A stretch of DNA of 63,659 bases, the filler included, from Trichomonas gallinae (lineage: Eukaryota), in assembly GCA_008369845.1 (NCBI GenBank). It is 11 parts of 11 records of this genome, joined end to end, with 100 filler letters (N's around TTAATTAATTAA, not from the genome) between each part and the next. Parts side by side here need not be neighbours in the genome. Positions count along the whole stretch, not along the records: positions 47,616 to 56,561 come from MRSU01000656.1; positions 56,662 to 58,595 come from MRSU01000673.1; positions 58,696 to 60,091 come from MRSU01000676.1; positions 60,192 to 62,067 come from MRSU01000677.1; positions 62,168 to 63,659 come from MRSU01000684.1; 6 more parts are not named here. One strand, 5' to 3'. The notes under the pieces are model-generated. The model made no database searches. It was not told where the DNA came from and worked only from the letters and a program-made list of their open reading frames with translations. This document shows, one piece after another, positions 55,615 through 63,659 of this stretch. Every line of letters starts with the position of its first letter. The first letter of the stretch is position 1. A program made the position numbers and the translations under genes.

Positions 55615-55854
55615 CAAGAATGTAAACTATTTTACGTGTCATATTTTCCAAAAATGCCAAAAATTAACAAAAGTGTCATTATGTTCCAAATTTTATTATT
55701 ATAGCATTCACATGGGAAATGATTTACACAATTTCCCTTTCCTCCATTGTAAAATTTATTTCCATCAAATATTATGGTAGCAATAAACTTAGAGGAAGAT
55801 TATTTCGAATATAAATTACTCGAATCTGATATTTGACTCCATTAAATTGTTTTG

Positions 55855-56265
55855 ATGTGCTTGGAAAACCATATATTAAATGAGGAATGGGATGATTTAT
55901 ATCTTCCTTCTGACAATCCAATTGAAATGAAAAATTATTCTAATAAGGAAGCATATACGATTGGAAGCAATCAAAAAATATATTTCCATGATTCTGTTAT
56001 AATTGAACTCAAAGACAAAGTGATTATCATAATGATTATTCGGATTCAAAAATTATGCTTGAAGCATGCAAATTTGAGAATATTTCGTCCTCTGGTAGTA
56101 ATGGAGGTACAGTCCATTTCCAATGATCAGAACAGATCTGTTGTTGAAAATAAAATATGTTCACCTTTTAGTCAACTAAACTCATCTATTGGAGTCTACA
56201 CATGGCATCGAGTGACCGATACTGATGATTCTAAAAATTATGTTGTTGAAAAGAAGAACAAATAA
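55855..56265 (+). pseudogene. frameshifted, truncated member of the same Pmp-like family as 27114-28088
   Basis: Family N-terminus (EEWDDLY...IYFHDS). The homologous segment SKIMLEACKFENISSSGSNGGTVHF is in another frame; the ORF frame resumes (NKICS...KNYVVE) and then stops early. Confidence 0.6.
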
Positions 56266-56324
56266 TATATTTTTGAATTTTCAAAAAAAAATTGATTTTC
56301 GATAATAATATATATATTGCCTCT

Positions 56325-56561
56325 TTAGTAGATGCGGTGTGGCTTGCCCATTGTGGACTTGAGGACAATGGAGCCGATTGATTGCCAGCCCTTCTTAAGA
56401 AGTGTGACAACGTAGTTTGTGCAAAGTGTAAGGTTCTCGAAGACCTGGCGTTCTGTCATGTTGACGTTGCCGATTGGGATACCGAAGGCGACGGACTTCT
56501 TCAGACGGATGTTAGCTGTCTTCTTGACTTCATCGACGACCTTGGAGACTGGATCTGTCTT
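56325..56561 (-). CDS. RPL10A: 60S ribosomal protein L10a (uL1), 3' part; 5' part lost in the gap; not in ORF track
   Basis: Translation KTDPVSKVVDEVKKTANIRLKKSVAFGIPIGNVNMTERQVFENLTLCTNYVVTLLKKGWQSIGSIVLKSTMGKPHRIY* with highly biased codons. Confidence 0.95.
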   Translation of the reverse strand, partial: KTDPVSKVVDEVKKTANIRLKKSVAFGIPIGNVNMTERQVFENLTLCTNYVVTLLKKGWQSIGSIVLKSTMGKPHRIY

Positions 56562-56661
56562 NNNNNNNNNNNNNNNNNNNNNNNNNNNNNNNNNNNNNNN
56601 NNNNNTTAATTAATTAANNNNNNNNNNNNNNNNNNNNNNNNNNNNNNNNNNNNNNNNNNNN

Positions 56662-56735
56662 CATTATTCCAAATTCACTTTATTCCAATAAAGTCATGGT
56701 GATTCCAATAAAAACGGTGATGACTATAAACCCCA
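56662..56735 (-). repeat. second copy of the 23942-24015 repeat, at a contig edge
   Basis: Reverse-complement match to 23942-24015; abuts the gap. Confidence 0.8.
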
Positions 56736-57315
56736 ATATCTCATTTTTCTTAATTTTATGTTCCGAGAAAAATCGATAAGAGTTGAAGGATTTTTTCCGT
56801 CATTTTTCAAGGTAGTGATATTAGATCTCATAATATCGAGATATCTTTTAGCTTTCAAAATGATCATAAAGCCGAGCATTGTACGCCTAAATTTCACATT
56901 AAGAGTGGGAGCTAAGTGATAGATCAAATCGATAACATTTTATATTCTAGTTTCGGATTCCAAAATAATTACATACAAAAAGGATGATTTTCAGCGAAAT
57001 CTCATTCGGTACATAAAAGCTGACATAATCACGCGAAACTTTAGAACAAATAAAGAAAAAAGGCAAGTTTTTTGTCACACCTTAATTGGAAGTTTTTAAA
57101 TAGATTTTAATTTTATGCTCAATAGAATATAAATACTGTATCGATGTCTTTCCAATCTTGTGCGGCAAAAGTGACAGTTTATTTTCGGATTTAAGACAGT
57201 ATTATTTAATGAGACATATACAAAATAAAAATTATGGTTAAAATTTTTCCATCAATAAAATTTTTCATAAATCGTTATTTTTAAAGAATTTATAACATAA
57301 ATGTGATATAGAATA

Positions 57316-58595
57316 ATGTTTCTTTCAATTTTATCAATTTCCGGTAAATCATTCACAAATCTATCAATGACTTCTTTTGAAGATTTCTTCCCAGGCGAGA
57401 CAAGTCCTTCTCCAGAGACCTACAATCTCCAAAATGATGAACGATATGAGAGGTACACGGCAGGCAACTTCTTTGTACAGGATTCTACGTTTTCGTATAC
57501 TATTTGGAAAAGTCAATGGGGCTCTTCTGTATACATTGGTGGAAACCCAGCAGTGATCAACATCTTCTTTTTACGCACAAGCTTTGCTCATTGCTACAAC
57601 AATGGCCGTGGTGGTGCCCTTTACCTTGGTTCTGCCACTGCGCGAGCTGCATTTTCCAAAGTCACAGCTGAAGATTGTGTTAGCTGCAACGGTGATTTCA
57701 ATTACGGCCAATTTGCTATGTTCGCAGATTCACCTAACGTAACATTTTTGTCCAACACTATTACGAAATGCTGCGACTCAGGATATATTCAATTAAGTGA
57801 AGTTGGTAAGAACAGATGTCACAGCACAATCTACCTTCAGAATTGCAACTCAAATTTCGAAGACGTTAATTTTTCAAACTGTCACTCTAATTTTGTTTCT
57901 GGCATCAATTTCTACCATGGAAGCGTTGAGAAAGCAACGCACATCAACTTCGATAGCTGCACAGCATATTATGCTGGTGTTTGTATGTTTTCCGCGATCA
58001 AAAATGTTGAATTAAGCTACATTAACGTCAAAACATTCACGGTTGTTGATCAAGGGGGCCAAAAGCAGTATTACTTTTCCCTTACTGATGGATCTGTAAT
58101 TACAATGAATCACATTTCCCTCACAGATCCTCAATTCACCAATAACGCACCATCAACATATAACATTTCAACTCTTGAACAAGAATCTCAACTCACCTTC
58201 AAGAATTCCTATTTTGAATCACCTCTTGTTCAAGGCGACATTATTGTAATCGAACCAGAATCAACTACAACTACTACAACAGATGAAACAACCACAACAA
58301 CCACAGATGAAACAACAACCACAACAACAACAGATGAAACAACCACAACAACCACAGATGAAACAACAACCACAACAACAACAGATGAAACAACTACAAC
58401 TACTACAACAGGCGAAACCACAACCACAACAGATGAGACAACAACTACAACAACCACAGATGAAACAACCACTACAACAACCACAGATGAGACAACTACA
58501 ACAGATGAGACAACCACTACAACAACCACAGATGAGACAACTACAACTACTACAACAGATGAAACAACAACTACTACAACTACAACAGATGAAAC
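57316..58595 (+). CDS. Pmp-like beta-helix surface protein with Thr-rich mucin-like stalk, 3'-truncated by the gap
   Basis: Signal-like MFLSILSI, then WGSSVYI, GRGGALYL and YGQF motifs, followed by (T4-8 DE)n. Confidence 0.85.
58264..58595 (+). repeat. coding minisatellite encoding (TTTTTT-DE)n
   Basis: Units of ACA/ACC/ACT codons punctuated by GATGA(A/G), of variable length. Confidence 0.95.
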
Positions 58596-58695
58596 NNNNN
58601 NNNNNNNNNNNNNNNNNNNNNNNNNNNNNNNNNNNNNNNTTAATTAATTAANNNNNNNNNNNNNNNNNNNNNNNNNNNNNNNNNNNNNNNNNNNN

Positions 58696-58769
58696 GTTAA
58701 ATATTCAGGGACTTTCCCTAAGCCCCCATTTTTCCATTTTTGAGGCTTAACGTACAGTACGGTGCACCC
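58696..58769. mobile_element. probable Kolobok-type terminus (...GGTGCACCC then TTAA 58770-58773)
   Basis: GC-richer contig-edge sequence ending exactly at TTAA; read inward the terminus is GGGTGCACC. Confidence 0.5.
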
Positions 58770-58936
58770 TTAAAGCCATTGAAATTAAATTATAAAAATT
58801 CTAAAAACTTGGATTAATATAAGATCCTAACATTTAACAAACATAACAATAAATTAACATGTATCAATTTTGGACTAACGAATCCAAAGAATTAATTAAT
58901 ATGAAAAAAAAAATACCAATAAAAAATGATGATGAA

Positions 58937-59584
58937 TTATTCATGTGTAAGGAAATTTTCGGCTTCTTCATCTTTGTGCTTTGTCCATGGAGTTGGTAAC
59001 GAAATAGTTGTATTCTTTTTCTTTTTCTTTTGAGCTGCAAAGCCAAGAAACAAGGAAATCATCCCATGAACTGCAGCTTGAAAAACTATTGTGATACCAA
59101 TCGCTTCTGTTGGCTCTGCAATAGTATTAGATATTGCATAAAGACAAGGAGTAATAGAAATATTGCAGGGATCATTGTAGAATTGTCTAAATTTATGGAA
59201 GCTGCAGCAAGTAAATTTATTTTCGATTTCGTGTAAAAATGATTTATTTAGCGATTTTTCCCATATGTCAATCATTGTGGAGATGTATCCTTTTGAATCG
59301 GTCCATAAAAATAGGCCATAATAGAACTCCAAAAGTCCAAATAATCCAATTGTGTACGAAATAAAGAAAGAAATCATGTTATTGCACTGCTTAATGATAA
59401 AGAATGTTGTTAAAGATATGATTAATGAAATCATGACTGAAAAATAGTTCAATATTTCGATAGATCTGTCGAGATAAGCGAAACCGGATGTTTTGAGCCA
59501 ATATCTGATGGCAGATATCATGAATATGGATGAAATCGTGGAAGCAACTGATAACAAAAAAGATAAAATTCCAACCCAATTCAT
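58937..59584 (-). CDS. tetraspanin-family protein
   Basis: Four TM helices and a large loop between TM3 and TM4 with IENKFTCCSF (CCG variant) plus PC...PC. Basic cytosolic tail; Inr-like/AAAGTGAC sequence just upstream. Confidence 0.8.
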   Translation of the reverse strand: MNWVGILSFLLSVASTISSIFMISAIRYWLKTSGFAYLDRSIEILNYFSVMISLIISLTTFFIIKQCNNMISFFISYTIGLFGLLEFYYGLFLWTDSKGYISTMIDIWEKSLNKSFLHEIENKFTCCSFHKFRQFYNDPCNISITPCLYAISNTIAEPTEAIGITIVFQAAVHGMISLFLGFAAQKKKKKNTTISLPTPWTKHKDEEAENFLTHE

Positions 59585-59981
59585 ACCTATTCACGATGTC
59601 ACTTTTTAAAGCTATCTGAAACAGGGGATTAACTTCTATTACTGTTACTCTCCATACCAGGGGAAAATTACACAAAACTGATGAAAAAGATGTCTATATC
59701 CTGCATGTAGCATTTTACCTATTTAGAGAGTTTGAGTCAAATTGCTAGGTTATTTCGAAGTTTCATTACTTTTATATCATCAATCAACATTGATTGTCTA
59801 TTAAATTTGTTTTCACAATGAGTAATTGATAAAATGAATGAATGGCATCAATAAAACATCATAATAGCCGAGATATTTGGCATAAGCTCTATAAATTAGT
59901 TTAATACAATATATATGGTATATATACAGAGTGTTTTAACCCTACAACATTATCGATTTGTTGCTCATTATTTTTTCTTAA

Positions 59982-60091
59982 GGATGCCCTAACCCCCCTC
60001 ATTTTTTGTTACCCTCATAACTCTGAATTGGCTAAACTTACAAGCTTTAAACTTATACATGTTTTACTATTGTTTTTGAAGAATATAGTAC
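59982..60091. mobile_element. probable Kolobok-type terminus (TTAA 59978-59981 then GGATGCCC...)
   Basis: TTAA followed by an RR-starting GC-rich terminus running into the gap. Confidence 0.45.
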
Positions 60092-60191
60092 NNNNNNNNN
60101 NNNNNNNNNNNNNNNNNNNNNNNNNNNNNNNNNNNTTAATTAATTAANNNNNNNNNNNNNNNNNNNNNNNNNNNNNNNNNNNNNNNNNNNN

Positions 60192-60433
60192 GAAATAAAG
60201 ACAACAGTATGATCCACGAAAGGCGCTAATCTCCAAAGACGCATCATTAAGACATAAGACTCACCATTGTAATGCGTGCAATCCCATATTGTAAAGTTAT
60301 GAGTAGAAAACTGTTGAATGTTGCCATTAAAGTTGACACTATTTCGAGAAGCATTATTAACTGCATAAATGATGGAGATCATAAGCATCGACACACAAAA
60401 CTGTCTAAGATCTAATCTCACACCTTTCCGCAT
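60192..60433 (-). CDS. GT17 (GnT-III-like) glycosyltransferase, 5' part, truncated by the gap
   Basis: Type II membrane anchor, then IWDCTHYNGESYVLMMRLWRLAPFVDHTVVF, matching the GT17 N-terminal motif D.F.F..E.DLL..RL.EL...VD.FV. Confidence 0.65.
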
Positions 60434-61363
60434 TTTCCAATTACTTGTCAAAAAAATATTATTATTTCATAGAGTGTAGAAAAAAAGCAAATTAATTATT
60501 TAAGTGGATCCACACCTATTATATATTTTACGAAGCTTATGTTTTTGAAATGATTTTACAAATCTTGATTAATATGTTATATCCTGTATCAAATATTGAT
60601 ATATGATTATGCTATATGATGAGTATAATTGCCAGATGAAATATTAATCACAAAGAAAAATATATTCTCAAAATTACTAAGCAAACAGTCAATTAATCGT
60701 TATAAGATGTTGCTGCATGTTTTGCCAAATAGAAGAAGTTAACTGCTATTTGAAAAAAAAAAAAAAATGGAAAATACTGTAGCAAAATATATTCCATGGC
60801 ACATTACAATTTTTACTTTCAAAAAAATAGGATTAACGATTAAATTATTCGGAAAATTGAGAAAACCAATTGGTTATTAAATTATTTCTGCTATATCCGA
60901 ATAATAATCCATAGACTTTGCCGTGTGTCTGTTCTGCCAAACAGACAGATGCCTCATTTTTCTTCTGCATTTTTTGATTTTCCATATTCAGTTGTCTATA
61001 TCTCTATGATGTCTTATAATAGAAAATATGTTTATATATATACAATTTCTTAACATCAGTTTAATATAATACATGACAATTTTTGCAAAATTAGCAATAC
61101 AAGTTGTTCTGCTAATTGGTGCTGTAAATTAAAAATTACGATGATTTTTTTGAAGTCAAAATTTGATAATTTGATTTGTAAGCTCAAGGATTGCAAATTT
61201 GTTTGATGCAGTAGCTTTGTATTAATTCAAAGATGGATGTGACTTAAAGTTTGAAAGTTTTCATGTCTCATATTATTTTGGGTAATAGTTGTAGTTTTTT
61301 GCGTTTGAAATACGATTTGAGAGATAATGACTCATTATTGGTGCATTCTACTGTTAAGGAATG

Positions 61364-61657
61364 CTAGCTTAGGTATGACTTGATTTCTTCTAAATGCATT
61401 TGAGCCCAAAAGACACAAGTTTGTTTTCGGCGATAATACTCACGTCCAAACGTGATGCCTAATAGCTCAGAAAAAAAGAAACAAATTGAACGAATTTCAT
61501 TATGCATCATTTTTCCTCCAAAAATGGATTCGAACCAAGCGTAAGCATCTGGACCATTCGTCCTGAAATTCTGCAGTCTCATCTCCTTGAGTAAGGAACT
61601 TTCCACTTCTTGTTCACCTTTGCCTTCGTTTTCGATTTTATTTTTTATCATTTGCAT
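61364..61657 (-). CDS. small conserved-hypothetical trichomonad-type protein (97 aa)
   Basis: ATG preceded by Inr-like TCATTT; pattern I.FGREYYRRK...FW...H...I; coding-like GC. Confidence 0.6.
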   Translation of the reverse strand: MQMIKNKIENEGKGEQEVESSLLKEMRLQNFRTNGPDAYAWFESIFGGKMMHNEIRSICFFFSELLGITFGREYYRRKQTCVFWAQMHLEEIKSYLS

Positions 61658-62301
61658 TTTTGACTCTTAAATGAATGGAATTAGTCAAAAATTCCTAATC
61701 GATTATTTATGTCAAGAAGCGTAAAATTAAAAAAAGTCCTAGGTTTACAAAGGTCTCAATATCGAGAGAAAGTGGACTTTACTTTTTGCGGCTACTATAG
61801 ATGAAAATTAAGCAAAAAAATACATTCATACTTTAGTATTCATTTGGTTGAAGTTCTAACACTCTTATTAGCAAACCTATATTTTAAAATTTTGATCAGG
61901 CCTTTGATATTAATTTAATGTGTCAAAAATTTAAATATGTAATCTGTCAAAAAGATTAATTATGTAAAGTGTCAAAAAATAATGTATTTTGAAAGGTAGT
62001 CCGGCAGATTTTTTAAAATTGTCAAAAATGGCCCCTGCTTATAAAACATGTCAGGTTCGACGCTACANNNNNNNNNNNNNNNNNNNNNNNNNNNNNNNNN
62101 NNNNNNNNNNNTTAATTAATTAANNNNNNNNNNNNNNNNNNNNNNNNNNNNNNNNNNNNNNNNNNNNTATATTCATCGAGAAATTAACAAAATACGTATT
62201 TTTGGGTACCAAAAAAATTTGGGAAAAAATTGGAAACGTACGGTATAGTAATGTATGCAAGACAAGGTACGTCTAGATTAATCATGAGATGATGAGATGA
62301 T

Positions 62302-62487
62302 TATATTTTTATATCAATCGCCAGCGATGAACAATTATATTTAATTCAATTAACATTTGAAATGTATTTACCCATATAAATATCAATGATTTGATATAAC
62401 ATTATATAATGCGAGTACTATATTTTTATATCCATAACCAGCAATGAACAACTATATATGTAATTCAATTAACTTTTGAAATGTATT
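62302..62487 (+). repeat. two ~67-bp direct repeats (62302-62368, 62419-62487) upstream of the transposase
   Basis: TATATTTTTATATC..CCAGC.ATGAACAA..TAATTCAATTAAC.TTTGAAATGTATT occurs twice, with a 117-nt period. Confidence 0.85.
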
Positions 62488-62549
62488 CAAGAATTCTAAA
62501 ATACTCAATTTTTGAAATTCAGTTTATAACAATATTTATTTCATTTTTA

Positions 62550-63659
62550 ATGCAAGACTTCAAGGACCTTGCATCTCAGTTGAAGAAAATCAAAGAAGAA
62601 TCTAAAGCTTACCTAGTCATAGAATTAAGTCATGAAGATCTCCCATATGAAGATGTTCCTGTTCCACGATCAGTAGTGTCAACAAAATTTTCCATTGATC
62701 GATTCTTACAGGTTCATCCAGATGCAAGCATTACAGATTTTTGTAATTTCAGCATGGAAGAACTTACATTCCTCTGCGAAACTGTTCGTTCTTTTGGAAA
62801 TTTCACAAAAAGAGGCCGGAAAACAAAATATCCTTTGATAGATTCATTATTCTTAACACTGTTTTATTATTCATCTTACTTACCAATGAAACAAATGAGT
62901 TCTTTAGTCTGGATGTCGCAATCATGCCTTTCCAAAGTAGTTCAAAAAACTACAAATATAGCGTTTCCTGTATTCATTCAGAGATTCATAAAGTCATCAA
63001 TTCCAACTTGCAAAAAGAAATTTGTCAATTTTCCTGATTGTGTTGCTGCTGTTGATTCAACAACCATTGCTTTTTTCACACCTTCAAGTCATGCAGACCA
63101 AAAAGCTTGCTGGGATGCAAAAAACCACATAAATGGGCTTAAATTACAAGCATTAGTTAACCCAGAAGGTACATTTATTCACATCTGTACCGATTTCCTC
63201 GCATGTGTTCATGATAAAAAGATTTATGACTTGTCTGGAGTCGTGGATTTCCTCACAGTCAAACGTGGATTCGATAATGTACAACTCGGTGTCCTAGCTG
63301 ACAAAGGCTACATTGGTATCGAGAAATACCATTTAACTGCCGTTGTCCAACAAAGAGGCACTGATGAAGAAATCATTAGACGAAACAATGCCATCGCTGA
63401 AGACAGGTGTATTGTTGAACGCTCATTTGGACGTTTGAAAACCATGTGGGCCATCTTATCACATGGATTTCGTGGAGAGCGAAACTCTTTGCCTCTTATT
63501 GTTCGTGGACTTGTTGCTTTGACAAATTATAATATTGATCAAAATCCTCTTGATAACGCAAATTTGCAAGAAATTCCTAGTGAAATCAATGCAGGTGTTT
63601 CTGGAAAACTTTTCAGACCAGTGCCTCCTCAACATGCTACAACACAAGAAGAAATCCAA
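62550..63659 (+). CDS. PIF/Harbinger-ISL2EU (IS5-like, DDE_Tnp_4) transposase, open to the window end; not in ORF track
   Basis: ATG after the Inr TCATTTTT; 370 open codons. HTH region KRGRKTKYPLIDSLFLTL...SQSCLSKVV; catalytic-region motifs AVDSTTI, GLKLQALVNPEG, HDKKIY, LADKGYIG and RCIVERSFGRLKTMWAIL. Confidence 0.92.
   Translation, partial: MQDFKDLASQLKKIKEESKAYLVIELSHEDLPYEDVPVPRSVVSTKFSIDRFLQVHPDASITDFCNFSMEELTFLCETVRSFGNFTKRGRKTKYPLIDSLFLTLFYYSSYLPMKQMSSLVWMSQSCLSKVVQKTTNIAFPVFIQRFIKSSIPTCKKKFVNFPDCVAAVDSTTIAFFTPSSHADQKACWDAKNHINGLKLQALVNPEGTFIHICTDFLACVHDKKIYDLSGVVDFLTVKRGFDNVQLGVLADKGYIGIEKYHLTAVVQQRGTDEEIIRRNNAIAEDRCIVERSFGRLKTMWAILSHGFRGERNSLPLIVRGLVALTNYNIDQNPLDNANLQEIPSEINAGVSGKLFRPVPPQHATTQEEIQ

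Noticed and set aside
56382..56613. Plus-strand 75-aa and 64-aa ORFs
   Set aside because: Antisense shadows of the RPL10A 3' end.
58230..58651. Poly-Gln (+) and poly-Val (-) ORFs
   Set aside because: Alternative frames of the Thr-rich repeat of the 57316 gene.
17218..62167. Ten copies of the palindrome TTAATTAATTAA flanked by N runs, as a biological repeat or CRISPR-like array
   Set aside because: Fixed 44N+12+44N format with stops in six frames marks an assembly linker. Adjacency of genes across linkers is therefore not evidence of clustering.
63459..63659. Minus-strand 66-aa ORF
   Set aside because: Antisense to the transposase.

Overview
AT-rich, intron-poor eukaryotic DNA with the hallmarks of a trichomonad (parabasalid, Trichomonas-like) genome: Inr-type TCA(C/T)T just before ATGs, AAAGTGAC motifs, GP63-like, Pmp-like and BspA-like surface proteins, beta-amylase, Myb and tetraspanin. 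The window is not contiguous. It is 11 contig pieces joined by ten identical artificial 100-nt linkers (44 N + TTAATTAATTAA + 44 N), and many contigs end in transposon termini (TTAA-flanked Kolobok-type and (C/T)AGGG hAT-type). About 25 protein genes or gene fragments are recognisable. Two of them are absent from the ORF track: the 3' end of ribosomal protein L10a and an apparently intact PIF/Harbinger-ISL2EU DDE transposase. The most unusual signals are (i) a ~330-nt non-coding element at 37.85-38.17 kb whose stacked hairpins tolerate almost only G-U wobbles on the + strand and which has a potential 9-bp pseudoknot, (ii) a second GC-rich, multi-stem 140-nt non-coding island at 55.5 kb, and (iii) a 1246-aa HEAT protein whose N-terminus aligns almost without gaps to the N-terminal HEAT repeats of huntingtin. 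All homology calls come from motif recognition by eye, with reference motifs quoted from memory, not from database searches.
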